This document shows, piece after piece, positions 1 through 13,185 of a stretch of 64,000 nt of DNA (positions within the stretch are counted from its first letter, which is position 1; the number at the start of each line of letters is the position of its first letter). Under the pieces are notes generated by a model. The model had not been told where the DNA came from, did not search any database, and saw nothing but the letters and a program-made list of their open reading frames with translations. The stretch lies in the NCBI GenBank assembly GCA_951406725.2, contig OX597822.1, positions 107,384,001 to 107,448,000 of the forward strand, in the 5' to 3' direction. The position numbers and the translations under genes are program-made. This DNA is from Octopus vulgaris. Its lineage: Eukaryota.

Positions 1-11
1 TTTACAATTAT

Positions 12-262
12 TAATGGTTAGGGAGTTGTCCTCTAGATCCTGAGATCGCGATTTCAATTCTTAGACCGGGTGGTACATTGTGTTCTTGAGCAAAACACTT
101 CACCTCACGCTGCCCTGCAATCATTTCGGCACCCGACGTGCAGTAAACCGTGCAACTGTTCAGACAAAGTCGATGTGATGGAGGGCGGGCGCTAACGTAC
201 AAAACATATATTTGATCACTAAAACCAAATCATTTGTGCAGACCGTTCGACGGCAGAGACAA
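12..262 (+). mobile_element. Degenerate tRNA-derived SINE (family H)
   Basis: tRNA-like head (TGGTTAGG...TTCAATTC), then TTGTGTTCTTGAGCAAAACAC. Homologous to 24035-24262 (shared ATATTTGATCACTA). Confidence 0.6.
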
Positions 263-544
263 TCATTATTGTTATTATTCGTCATTTGATAATTGCAGGC
301 AAGTTTCTACTGCATCACTTTCTATATATCCGTGCTGCTGAGGTGAGTGCACCATTGAATGTTATTGTTTTTTGTTGTCGTGGAGTACAAACTCCTCCCA
401 GTAATGTATTGCATCAGCTTGTTTTATTATGGGCTTTGACTTGAGTCTTTAGTTTCATTGTATGCTGTGTGTAATGCTGGTTGTTTTCTCTTTGGTATCC
501 GACATGTAGAGTACAGATTGAGGGGTTGTTTATTTTATTGAATA

Positions 545-912
545 CTAGCAGTATCGCCCGGCGTTGCTCGGGTTTGTAAGGGAAATAACTATAAAGCATT
601 TTTTGAGAGTTATAGCCAAAAAATGGAAAAAATGATGGTAAATTTTTTTTAGTTAAAAAGGTCGAGTTGCGTCCCCTAGACAGTCTGTGGTTTGTGTTTC
701 TGATTCTCGACCCCATGTCGAATTTATCGATTTTTTTCAGAACTGGGGGAACTTTTCAAAATTTTCGCTGCGTTAGTTTTGAATTATGACATTGGGCTAT
801 GTGTGTGTCAAGTTTCATCAGAATCGGTTGAAAGCCGTGGTCAGGGTGAGGGTACAACCTAACAGACACACAGAAACACACACAGACAAACTGCCGTTTA
901 TATATAGAGAGA
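545..912 (-). mobile_element. Non-autonomous Helitron
   Basis: Minus strand starts TC (912-911) and ends with the hairpin CCCGAGCAACGCCGGG followed by CTAG (548-545). Inserted between A and T with no TSD. The 3' ~100 bp are shared with 59715-60112. Confidence 0.8.
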
Positions 913-1436
913 TTTATGTACACAGTGTGTCTTGTGTTCGTGGTGTGTACTATTGAATTGACAGTCTCTTTCGCAGGATGTGGGCTGTTCCTCGCAGGAC
1001 TATTTTTCTTGGATAGTGTTCAGGCTCCAGGTATAGCTTCCACGTTTTGTTTATACGTTGTCTTTTATTTGCGATAACTAATGCTCCAGTTATAGCTAGT
1101 ATTGTTTCACTTTTACGGCCCGAATTTAGACTATTTCAATTTGACCCTGTTTGTGTTTTGACAATCTCTCCACTTCTTTTGATGACAATATTTTGGTCAG
1201 AAGTGTTTACAATGTCTATTAGAAAGAAGGCGTTTTTTTTCCAACCATGCTTATTACGTTTTTTCTTTATTCCTTTGTCAATTTGAACTCGCATATTCCC
1301 AGATGATTGTGACCTGGTCGTTGTCATGTACCTTGTTTGGCACACGTTCATCCCATACCTTGTCAGTTTTTTTGTAGTAGTGTCAGCATATTGTCTATTG
1401 GATATAACTATTCACAAGGTCATTTCTTGATATATA

Positions 1437-1469
<33 letters not shown>

Positions 1470-1483
<14 letters not shown>

Positions 1484-1697
1484 ATGTGTGTGTGTTTGTG
1501 TGTTTGTCCCCCTAGCATTGCTTGACAACCGATGCTGGTGTGTTTACGTCCCCGTCACTTAGCGGTTCGGCAAAAGAGACCGATAGAATAAGTACTGGGC
1601 TTACAAAGAATAAGTCCCGGGGTCGAGTTGCTCGACTAAAGGCGGTGCTCCAGCATGGCCGCAGTCAAATGACTGAAACAAGTAAAAGATAAAAGAA

Positions 1698-1698
<1 letters not shown>
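1470..1698 (+). mobile_element. SINE family B, 3' half
   Basis: Near-identical to the 3' half of 16521-16925. Confidence 0.85.
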
Positions 1699-1758
<60 letters not shown>

Positions 1759-2279
1759 TATGTATGTATATATGTATATATATATATATATGTATATATA
1801 TATGTATATGTATATATATATGTATGTATTCAGATTTGGCTGGGACTGGACACTCAGATATGATGTGGTTAACTGTTTCATTATCTGGTTGCACATTCCG
1901 CATTTGTTGTTAGGGCCTGTTTTCACTACTTAGCTTTTTGATATATGTTTGTGGTAAGGCATTGGTCTTGTGCAGCGAGAATCAGTCCTTCCATCTCTGC
2001 TTTTGCCTCACAGCTTTTGAGTCAACGTTAGATTTTATTCAGCTTCATTTCTTTTTCTGTCAAGCCTTGCAAGGTATTGGGGGGGGGGCATGGAAGGATC
2101 TTTCTCTCCGCTCCTTCTTCTTTATTAGGTCTTGTACTTTATGTTTTGTCGTTTTGTTCGTGTCTGTAGGGTTGTCATCTGAGTTCACTGTTTCAGTATG
2201 ATTTCTTTACGTTTTGTTGTTTATCGCCTCATTATGCAAAGAGAAGACCGTTTCTTTTCTTTTTTACTGTTGCTCCATT

Positions 2280-2353
2280 CTTCTTCTTCTTCTTCTTCTT
2301 CTTCTTCTTCTTCTTCTTCTTCTTCTTCTTCTTCTTCTTCTTTTCTTCTTCTT

Positions 2354-2445
<92 letters not shown>

Positions 2446-2468
2446 CATTATTATTATTATTATTATTG

Positions 2469-2514
<46 letters not shown>
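2280..2514. repeat. Compound (TTC)n(TTA)n microsatellite
   Basis: Direct reading. Confidence 0.98.
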
Positions 2515-2515
<1 letters not shown>

Positions 2516-3052
2516 GAGTGAGAGAGAAGCGCATGCCTTCAAAGTGACACTGGGGTAAAATATACGGCGCCCAGTATACCCATCATGACTACCCGTCTGA
2601 TAAGGGTACACCAGGCACATGCATCACAACCATATGTGCGCGACATGAAGATCTCATATCAAGATAAACAGCACATGACCTTGCAGGTGGAGCCCAGTTA
2701 GAATTTTCTTCAGATCGAGTAACCCATCCTGCTCAAAAGGTCCCTGAATAAGGGTTGTTTAAGGACGTTGAACGAAACACCCATGTTTCCAGAGGTGAAT
2801 TATTCAAACCCCAAAGAATCCTTCTCAACACATGGCTGTGATGCTCCCCCACTACTTCTGCTCGTGATCAGAGATGCACATATCGTCAGCCACTAAGGGA
2901 CATGCTCAACTGGTTAAGGTCAAATAACTGACAAGCAAATCTGTGGTATTGAGCAGAATATTTGCTGTAGCCCATCATTTATACCAAGACAAAACAATGT
3001 ACATGATAACACTTCCAATCAGTTAAGATCAGAAGCCATGAGAGCCACTGCC
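2515..3052 (-). mobile_element. ~540-bp interspersed repeat (family D) embedded in (AAT)n
   Basis: Reverse complement of 32097-32630 at high identity. Both copies are flanked on both sides by AAT/TAT repeats. Confidence 0.85.
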
Positions 3053-3124
<72 letters not shown>

Positions 3125-3569
3125 GTTGTTGTTGTTGTTGTTGTTGTTGTTATAATTCAACTTGAAATGAAAAATAAATGAATGTAGTGACAAGTGCATC
3201 ACCTAGATTAATTAGACGCACGACGGTGATCATTGGGACTTGATGATAGTGACTAGTGCAGAGTCTGGGTTCGTCGGACACACGAAGCGGATCCTTGGGA
3301 AATGGTTGTTGTGACTAGTGCAAGTTCAGGGCTTTTTGAGACATGGCTGTATTGACCAGTGCAGGACATGAGTTGGTTGGACACATGAGGGTGAAGAGAA
3401 GGAAATGTGAATAGTGTGTAGTGAGGTGCCTGGGAGGATCTAATCTATGCGGGATGGATTAAGCGGAACGGAAATTTCTTATTGAAGATGGTGATGAACG
3501 CAGTCAACTCTGGAGAGCAGAGCCCGTTACAGAAACGAAGTCGTACTGTATAACATTCTAAAACCAATA

Positions 3570-4231
3570 ATGGAGCTTGAGATGCTAAACATAGCTGGAT
3601 GGATTCTCCGAACTTTCAGAATAAGAAAGAAGGAGACACTGATGGTCCTTTGGAAGACATTCGTCCTCAGTCACTTGGACTACTGCTCCCAACTATGGTC
3701 ACCACACAATATATATTTAACAGCAGAACTCGAAGCAATTCAACGAATATACACTAAGAAGATCGTCTCAATGCAACATATCAGCTACTGGGAAAGACTG
3801 AAAGTATTAAAACTCTTCTGCCTGGAGCGAAGGCGAGAAAGATATGCGGTGATATGCATCTGGAAAATACTGGAGGGTCTTGTCCCAAACTTTGGCATTC
3901 AAAGTTACCTCAACAGCAGAACGGGGCGCCACTGCATGGTGCCAAAGATCCCAACATCACCATCAAAATATAGGATCAGATACTGCAACGGCCTGGTTTC
4001 AGAGGACCACAGCTCTTCATTATCCTTCCTAAATGACTGAGAGACCTGCAATGTGTGGATGTAGGTTTCTTTAAAACTAAACTGGATCTCTTCTTGTCAG
4101 GGGTCCCAGATGAACCTACCTCTCGGCAGGAAACAGAGGTGGTTTCACATTCTAGTGTAGCTCATTCAACGGTGGTGCCCCAGCATGGCCGCAGCCTTCG
4201 GGCTGAAACATTTTTAAGGATTTAAGGATTT
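3570..4231 (+). mobile_element. 5'-truncated CR1-group LINE (ORF2 C-terminus plus 3' UTR)
   Basis: ORF 3570-4040 contains SHLDYCSQLWSP, LEAIQR, SYWERLKVLKL and LERRRER. The 3' end has a stem-loop and a (TTTAAGGA) tandem tail. Confidence 0.85.
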
Positions 4232-4651
4232 ATATCTATTAAATATACCTCAGATCAGGGCTTATAGCCGCAAAAAAAGGTTGCTAATGTAATCTAGGCT
4301 ACCCTGTACCTACAAAGACGAAAACGTGATGGTCATGGATGGAATCCTATAAATCAAAGAGCTGCTCAGTATAGATCTAGATGCGGCTAAACAACAACAT
4401 TAGCAAGTAACAGCAGTAGTAGTATCACAAAGTGAAGTGTTTCTTCTGTCTGGTTAGTAAAATTCCTAGAAATAGCAGCTAAATCACTTTCCAAAAGATC
4501 CCAACAGTTTGAGTAAAGAGGCATGTACCAGGCGGGCAAAGCAGCTGAGATGGTCACGGCTGGATGGATCATGATTTTTATCCGACCTACACCTATCTTC
4601 TACGAAACAACTAAGAGCTTTGTATTACAGAAAACCAGTCAACAAGATCGT

Positions 4652-4652
4652 A

Positions 4653-4717
<65 letters not shown>

Positions 4718-4719
4718 CG

Positions 4720-4758
<39 letters not shown>

Positions 4759-4878
4759 TTACTACTACTACTACTACTCCCTTTTGCTGCTACTACTACT
4801 ACCACCACTACGATTACTACAACTTCAAACTCAATTACTACTACTATTAGAGCTTCAGTCTCTACTACTACTACTACA

Positions 4879-4970
<92 letters not shown>

Positions 4971-5080
4971 AGCAACAACAACAACAACTACTACCACTAC
5001 TACTACTACTACTACCACCACCACCACCACCACCACTACTACTACTACCACTACTACTACTACTACTACTGCTGCTGCTG
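4652..5080. repeat. Compound (CTA)n/(CTG)n/(CAA)n/(CCA)n microsatellite
   Basis: Direct reading. Confidence 0.97.
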
Positions 5081-5340
5081 TAGTTCCTGCTGCTGTTGTA
5101 TAGGTAGCTCCGAAATACCGCCACTACCACAGCTGCAATCTATATTGCAGCAGTAGGCAACCGCTGCCATTACTGTTGCAGCGATCCTGGTGGCGATTGG
5201 TGTCCAGTTATGTTTGTTGTTTACTTCAACACGACACCAGATGTCATGTGGTCGCATTTATTCTCTGGATTCAGTTCTCTATGGGTTATGATAAGCAATC
5301 ACAGCTACACCGCTTTATATATATATATATATATATATAT

Positions 5341-5647
5341 CGTTTTGGGATTTGGTTTGTAAGATTCGTTATATGAGTTCGCGTGTTGAAGCATATTCTG
5401 TTGTCTCTGGGGAGACTCATTTTCTTTTTGTGCCTTATCATTTAACATACTCTTATTATTTAATTTAATTTAATTTAATCTAATTTAATTTAATGAATTA
5501 ATTTATTTACTTTTATTTATATTTTAATTTTAATTTTTTTATTTAAAAGATTTTTTAAATAAAAAATAAGAAATAAGTGGAAATTTTACCGGTGTGTGTA
5601 TTAAATCATAAGGCACAAAAAGAAAATGACTCTCCCGAGACATAACA

Positions 5648-5648
<1 letters not shown>
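5341..5648. repeat. Partly inverted repeat fragment between (TA)n tracts, same family as 9358-9545
   Basis: 5341-5450 matches 9360-9470. 5570-5648 is the reverse complement of the same family. Confidence 0.75.
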
Positions 5649-5742
<94 letters not shown>

Positions 5743-6031
5743 AATATACATACATGCACATAGTCATACCTACACTCATATACACACGTCCACATAAACA
5801 TGTAAACATGTATGTATATGTTTATATATGTAGTCGCGATTAATCATATATGAACTTTGCTATAGCTATGTAGTTATGTAGATATCTATTTATGCTTAAT
5901 AATAAGACGAAGACATCCATTTATGACTATCATCATCATTACCGTATATAAATTATTAAATTATTAAGGTAACTTGTCACAATTTAAAAACGAAAAGGCA
6001 CAAATTATATACACACGAACATGCATGCATG

Positions 6032-6081
<50 letters not shown>

Positions 6082-6102
6082 CATGGATACATACACACAC
6101 AT

Positions 6103-6174
<72 letters not shown>

Positions 6175-6258
6175 TATACGAGGGATATAAGTGAAATACT
6201 TACTCATACCCATGGAAAAAGCAAGTACTGAGTCCTGGGGGTACTTAGGTCTGCTCAG

Positions 6259-6299
<41 letters not shown>

Positions 6300-6300
6300 A

Positions 6301-6375
6301 TTATATAGAAGGAGCTTCTACAGGACTAGTACTGTTTCATTCAAGAGAAATCTTCAGAAGCTCCTTCTATATAAT
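6301..6375. repeat. Short fold-back with a hammerhead remnant in the loop (minus strand 6324-6357)
   Basis: Arms TTATATAGAAGGAGCTTCT / AGAAGCTCCTTCTATATAA. The loop on the minus strand reads CTGAAGA-TTTCTCTTGAAT-GAAA-CAGTACTAG-TC; the helix I 5' partner is missing. Confidence 0.55.
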
Positions 6376-6445
6376 AAATTAATTTTACTCTGCTATGTAT
6401 TGAGTACCTTACTTACTGTGGTTAACCCCGAATCAACCCGGGACC

Positions 6446-6497
<52 letters not shown>

Positions 6498-6866
6498 CAT
6501 ACATACATACATACATATATCTGTATATGTTTCGACGTATATCTTGCTTATGTAAACGCAGTGTGTGTTTATATGCAAATATATATATATATATATACGT
6601 GTGTGTGTGTATGCATCTGTATATATATGTATACCTATGCTTGCATACACAAATATGTGCATCCATATTTTTACATAAATGTATGCATAACCTTGAACTG
6701 TAATCAATATGGCTGAATCAGCTGTTACTCTTGTCTGCTTCTTGTTTACATTGGATAAACAGAATTGATTTATCACTTATGGTTAGAATCAAACACACAT
6801 AAGCGCGTGCGCACGCACATGCACAAGCGCACACACAAACACACACACTTGCACTCGTGTATGTGG

Positions 6867-6903
<37 letters not shown>

Positions 6904-7607
6904 GGTAAATAACAACGTGGATTTTGCGTTAGGAAATAAGTCATACGTATCATATACGTCAGTCAAATACACTGATTGTGTCTGTATAGGAATCCCATAT
7001 ATCGCTTGTCTAGTAGATATTCATATGAAGAAATACGGCCAATATCCTGCCATCTGTTGTGTGTAGTTGCTCGTATCCACATGGTATCGGACTTCTGACT
7101 CGATAGTTGGCCGATCATACCCTACTTCTCTACATAGGTGTCTTTCTATTTATTCTTTAATATTTTCTCTAGATTCTGCCATGCGAATATCTATTTCTTT
7201 ATTGCCCACAAGGGGCTAAACATAGAGGGGACAAACAAGGGTAGACAAAGGGATTAAGTCGATTACATCGACTCCAGTGCTAAATTGTTACTTTATTTAT
7301 CGACTCCGAAAGGATATCATCACGCTTGACAACAGCATTGTACATCTTTTATCTTTTACATTTTCTCTTACATATTTCAGTCATTAGTCTGCGGTCATGC
7401 TGGGGTAACGTCCCGAAGGATTTTCGTCGAACGTATCGATCCCGGTACTTGTATTTTAAAGCCTGTTACCTATTTTATTGGTCTCTTTTTCCCGAGCCGC
7501 TAGTTCACGAGGACATAAACAAGCGGTGGTGGGGAAAACCGCAGACACAAACACATATACACACATATCAATATGTATGTATGTGTATCTCTATGCATGT
7601 GTGTGTG

Positions 7608-8619
<1,012 letters not shown>

Positions 8620-8750
8620 TATATATATATATATACATACATACCTACATATATACTATCTATATATGTATTGTGAGAGAGAGGGAGAAATATATATATA
8701 TATATATATATATATTTCTCTCTCTATCTATCTATCTATATATATATATA

Positions 8751-8970
8751 TATAACTAATGTACGATAAATTTTTTTCGAGAAAAAAATTTTATCAATGG
8801 CCGGCATATCAAAAAATAACTTTAAAGGTTACATTTATAAATAATTTACAAAATAAATTTTGTTAATTTTTCGTAAATTATTATAAATTTAATCTTTAAA
8901 GGTATTTTTTGATATGCTGGCCATTGATAAAAATTTTTTCTCGAAAATATTTTATCCTACATTAGTTATA
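8751..8970. repeat. ~220-bp imperfect palindrome adjoining (TA)n
   Basis: TATAACTAATGTA...TCAATGGCCGGCATATCAAAAAATA pairs with TATTTTTTGATATGCTGGCCATTGA...TACATTAGTTATA. Confidence 0.85.
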
Positions 8971-9155
8971 AATTTAATAGTGTTTACTTCCGGATTCTCT
9001 CACTCTGTGAAAGTTTCTAGTTCGAATCACACGTGTCTCGAGATGTGCCGAAGATTTTCTATTTTGGATATATTTAGGGTACTTATGTCTGCTCAGGACA
9101 TAGTGCTTGCTTTTTCCGTGGGTATGAGTAAGTATTTCATTTATATCTCACGTAT

Positions 9156-9216
9156 TTATCGCTGAAGAGGGGAAAATTCTTATGAATTAACCCCGAAATT
9201 GGGACCAATACGGTAA
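9156..9216 (+). ncRNA. Type I hammerhead ribozyme motif (canonical core)
   Basis: TTATCG-CTGAAGA-GGGG[AA AATTC TTAT GAATT AA]CCCC-GAAA-TTGG GA CCAA-TA-CGGTAA. All three helices pair; the cleavage triplet is AUA. Confidence 0.8.
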
Positions 9217-9326
9217 TAACGGATTTTTAGAAATTTCTACCGGTTTGTTTCGAGACGCATAAATTATAATGGTTATTGACAATTTTCTCTTTTTTTCGGC
9301 ATATTTGGCATTCGAATTTATTTTGT

Positions 9327-9357
<31 letters not shown>

Positions 9358-9508
9358 TTCGTTTTGGGATTTGGTTTGCAAGATTCTTTATATGAGTTCG
9401 TGTGTTGAAGCATATTCTGTTGTGTCTGGGGAGAGTCATTTTCTTTTTGTGCCTTATTATTAACTCACTCACCGGTAAAATTTCCACTTTGTTCTTATTT
9501 TTATTGTC

Positions 9509-9545
9509 CTAAAAGTTTCGTTGCGTCCTGCAACCTTTTCAATAG
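9509..9545 (-). ncRNA. Minimal hammerhead-like motif with U3-A8 core
   Basis: CTA-TTGAAAA-G-GTTGC AGGAC GCAAC-GAAA-CTTT-TAG. Confidence 0.5.
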
Positions 9546-9577
9546 TTATATATATATATATATATATATATATACAA

Positions 9578-9732
9578 GACGGGCTTCTTTCAGTTTACGT
9601 CAACCAAATCCATCCACATGGCGTTCGTTGTCCCGAAGACTATATTAGAAAATACTTGCCCAAGGTGTTAAGCAGTGGAATTGAACCTCGGACCTTGTTG
9701 TTGGGAAGAAATATTCTTACCACACAGCCACT
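9578..9732 (-). mobile_element. SINE family B head, degenerate
   Basis: Reverse-complement similarity to 16525-16682. Confidence 0.7.
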
Positions 9733-9944
9733 TCTTAACTTATCTCTTTCTAATGGTTTAGTGTGATGTGAAAAACCACCGCCTTTGAACTTTTTAAAAG
9801 CTCCAGAAACAATGGAGAGGAATAATAATAATCCATTATGCTCCATTGTATTAGTAATTAGTGTCGTAATTACCGTGTCGTTTTTTGATCGGATACCCTC
9901 ACTGAATAATTGAAGTTAAGTATGTTTCACTCGAAGCATCAATA

Positions 9945-10295
9945 AAGTGTAGCTAAGAAGCTCACGTTTCAAGTACTCAGCTTCGGGTTCAGTTCCACTT
10001 TGCGAAATTATGGGCAGATTTATTCTAGTATAAGTCCGGGTCAATCAAAGGCTTGTGAGTGAATTTAGTTGACAGAAACTGTGAGGAGGCTCGTTATATA
10101 TATATATTTATTGTGTGTGCGCATGTGTTAGTATTTGTCTTCCCCACCAATTGACAACTGATACTGGTTTGTTTACGTTCCCGTTATCTAGGGATTCATC
10201 AATGATACTGATAGAATAAATACGTTACGTAAGAATAACTTATGCGGTCGATTTGTTAGGTTGAAACCTCCAAAGTTATACTTGGGTATGGTCAT
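9945..10295 (+). mobile_element. Old degenerate SINE family B
   Basis: GGGTTCAGTTCCACT, GACAGAAACTG, TTGACAACTGATACTGG and GATAGAATAA occur in family order. Confidence 0.65.
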
Positions 10296-10339
10296 CTTTT
10301 CCCAATTAGATACACGCACTATTTATTTGATCTACACTG

Positions 10340-10578
10340 TAGTCAAGATAAAACTCTGAGTTTCAGATGCCGAAGTGGAAATCCACAACACCATCTCTTC
10401 GGTTATCTGGCCATCTGAAAAACGCTATGAAAAAATACCGTTATATAAAGTATTACAGTAATTTTCCCTTTATATAACGGTATTTTTTCATAGCGTTTTT
10501 CAGATGGCCAGATAACCGAAGAGATGGTGTTGTGAATTTCCACTTCAGCATCTGAAACTCAGAGTTTTATCTTGACTA
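10340..10578. repeat. Near-perfect inverted repeat (~110-bp arms, 17-nt loop), each arm carrying a hammerhead-like motif
   Basis: Arms 10340-10450 and 10468-10578. Plus 10510-10572 reads AGATAA-CCGAAGA-GATG...CATC-T-GAAA-CTC A GAG-TT-TTATCT. Confidence 0.85.
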
Positions 10579-11896
10579 TTAAAATGACTATTATTAAATG
10601 TAACATATATATATATTATATATATATATATATATATAGAAGAAATTCGGATGGTTTTATATTTACAGATATCTATTAATACGACACATGTTTTTATATA
10701 TTGTATAACTTATATCATAAAGAAAAAAAAGGAAAGGAAGAAAAGGGAAGGAGGGAAGAAAAAAAGTTGTTTTGCTGGTTTCTTTTGTAGTTGGTCAGGA
10801 TGTTTACTCCAAGGTGTTTCTAAGATCTTTGGGAAAAAATTGACCATTTTATAGTTTTATTGAGTGTGTAGTGGTGGGGAGGGATATAAGATAGTACAAG
10901 AGGGTGATGAAAGGGGAGGAAGTGAGAGAGAGCATGTGTGTGTGCGTGTGTGTGTGTGTTTGTATCTGAAAACGGTGTTAAAGAGAACGAAGGAATGGAA
11001 GAAAAGGGAGAGAAAGAAGACCATAAATTGTATTTCATTTTTATCATTGCCTTGTGAGAGGTGTGTGTGTGTGTTTATGTGTACGCGTGTGTGGTGCGTG
11101 TGTTTGTGTCTTTGTATCTTAAAGATGTGTTAAGGAGAACTGGTCAAGTTGTTAAGAGCAACCAGTCATTAGCTTTTAGCAATGGTCAACAGTGCCACTT
11201 TTGTTTATATTTTTGAAACTGTAAATGAGTTTTGGTTTTTAGAAATTGGCCATTTCAAAAAAGAATTGTCTGGATTTCTTTTTATTATTGTTTTGTGAAG
11301 GTGTGTGTGTGTGTGGAGGGGTGCCTGTGAATCTGGAAGGGGTGTCGTTGGAGAAAGGAAGAAAGAAGAAAAAGAGGAAGAGGAAATAATTGTGTTGATA
11401 TTTATACCACTATTCAGTTCTTTCAATCCAATGTTTGATTCCTGTGCTTACACGGGATGGAAAATCTGGATTACAAAAATAGGTTTGTTTTATTCACATT
11501 TTAAAAATCAATTTGCTTTCTTGATCAACAAGAATGTAGAGTAATATACAGTGTACTAAATGCTACACTATATTTGTTATATTATAAATTTGTCCTTCAA
11601 TGTATGATGAGCAAAATTTCATAAGGTCCATACTTGAAAAATAAACTTTCTTGTGTTGAAGTTACAGATGACAGAATACAAACTGACAACCACTGAGTCT
11701 GTTGTTTGATCTTCAATTGGTTTAGTCTAATATCTCATTGATTGACAGCTAAATAAATATTAAGTTTTATCATACTGAAGTAACTGGTTCTGCAAATCAA
11801 AGTAAAATGGTTTCATTCAAATATTAGACTATCATTTGTTTAATGTTGCATTTTCAGAAACCAAAACATATGTGTAGAACTGTGTGTGTGTGCGTA

Positions 11897-11940
<44 letters not shown>

Positions 11941-12206
11941 TGTGTGTTTAATACAATTTACTTTACAAATTTGGTCCTTCATAGGGTACAGCTTATTATA
12001 GAGATATTTTCAGCCATTCAATTTGGGGGAGAACTTAGTTATGAAATATTTTTCCATATTCCTCCTGAAGGAGGTGTCGTTCTTTGGACATTTGTAGAAG
12101 GGAAAGAACTTAAATTTTCTTGCTCCACATGTATCTAGGTGTTAGTCAGTGGTATCTTGCGCAGTTCCTCCTGTCGGACATGTTGTCGGTGAATCCTGTA
12201 TTTCTG

Positions 12207-12461
12207 TCTTCCTTCCTTCCTTCCTTCTTTCCTTCCTTCCTTCTTTCCTTCCTTCCTTCCTTCTTTTCTTTCTTTCTTTCTTTCTTTCCTTCTTTCTTTC
12301 TTTCTTTCTTTCCGTCTTTCCTTCTTCCTTCCCTTCTTTGTTATTTTCGCTTCTTCCTTCCTTCCTTTCTTTCTTTCTTTCTTTCTTTCTTTCCGTCTTT
12401 CCTTCTTTCTTCCCTTCTTTTTTATTTTCGCTTCTTCCTTCCTTTCTTCCTTTCTTTCTTC

Positions 12462-12492
<31 letters not shown>

Positions 12493-12631
12493 TCCGTCTT
12501 TCCTTCTTTCTTCCCTTCTTTCTTTTTTATTTTCGCTTCTTCCTTCCTTCCTTCCTTCCTTCCTTCCTTCCTCCCTTTCTTCCTTCCCTACTTCCTGTCT
12601 TCCTTGCTTCCTTCCTTTCTTTCTTTCATCC

Positions 12632-12663
<32 letters not shown>

Positions 12664-12720
12664 GTCTGTCTTTCTTAATTTCCTTCCTTCCTTCATCTTT
12701 CTTTCCTTCCGTCCTTCCAT
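12207..12720. repeat. Polypyrimidine (TTCC)n/(TTTC)n tract with internal higher-order repeats
   Basis: TTCCGTCTTTCCTTCT...TATTTTCGCTTCTTCCTT recurs three times. Confidence 0.95.
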
Positions 12721-13001
12721 TCGTTCTTCCTATTCTTTTTTCCATTTGCTTTAATTAACTAATTCATCAATTCATATTTCTTTCCTTCCATCTTCCTTCA
12801 TTAAATGCTCTTACCTTTATCCTTCTTTCCTTTACGTATTCTTCTCCCTTCACACCTCTTCTTTTCTCTTCTTCCTCTCATCTTTCCTTCTTTTATTTCC
12901 CTCTACATCTCTTCCTCCTCCGCTTCCTCTTTTAGCCTATCAATTTTATGTCCATTACATTCTGGATCTGTGTATCTCTCTTGTAACAATCCAAGACCAT
13001 A

Positions 13002-13060
<59 letters not shown>

Positions 13061-13185
13061 CGCACACATACACGCACGCACGCAGGCACGCACACACATA
13101 TGCACACTCACGTACACAGCTAACATTTTCTGCTCATTTCTTCACTCAGTCTCTCCCTTTTACATACTCTCTCGTATATATTTAT

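Larger units (their letters stand above)
263..2280 (-). mobile_element. Decayed R4/Dong-like non-LTR retrotransposon (RLE type), 3' part, interrupted by a Helitron and a SINE
   Basis: Minus-strand translation with frameshifts gives EMEGLILAAQDQCLTT (~1950-2000) and the CCHC knuckle [23 protein letters not shown] (~1826-1905). It continues with DQVTIIW, FFLIDI..SDQN, ITGAL and IVLRGTAHILRK (~966-1330), and ends in an (AAT)n-like tail at 263-279. Confidence 0.8.
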
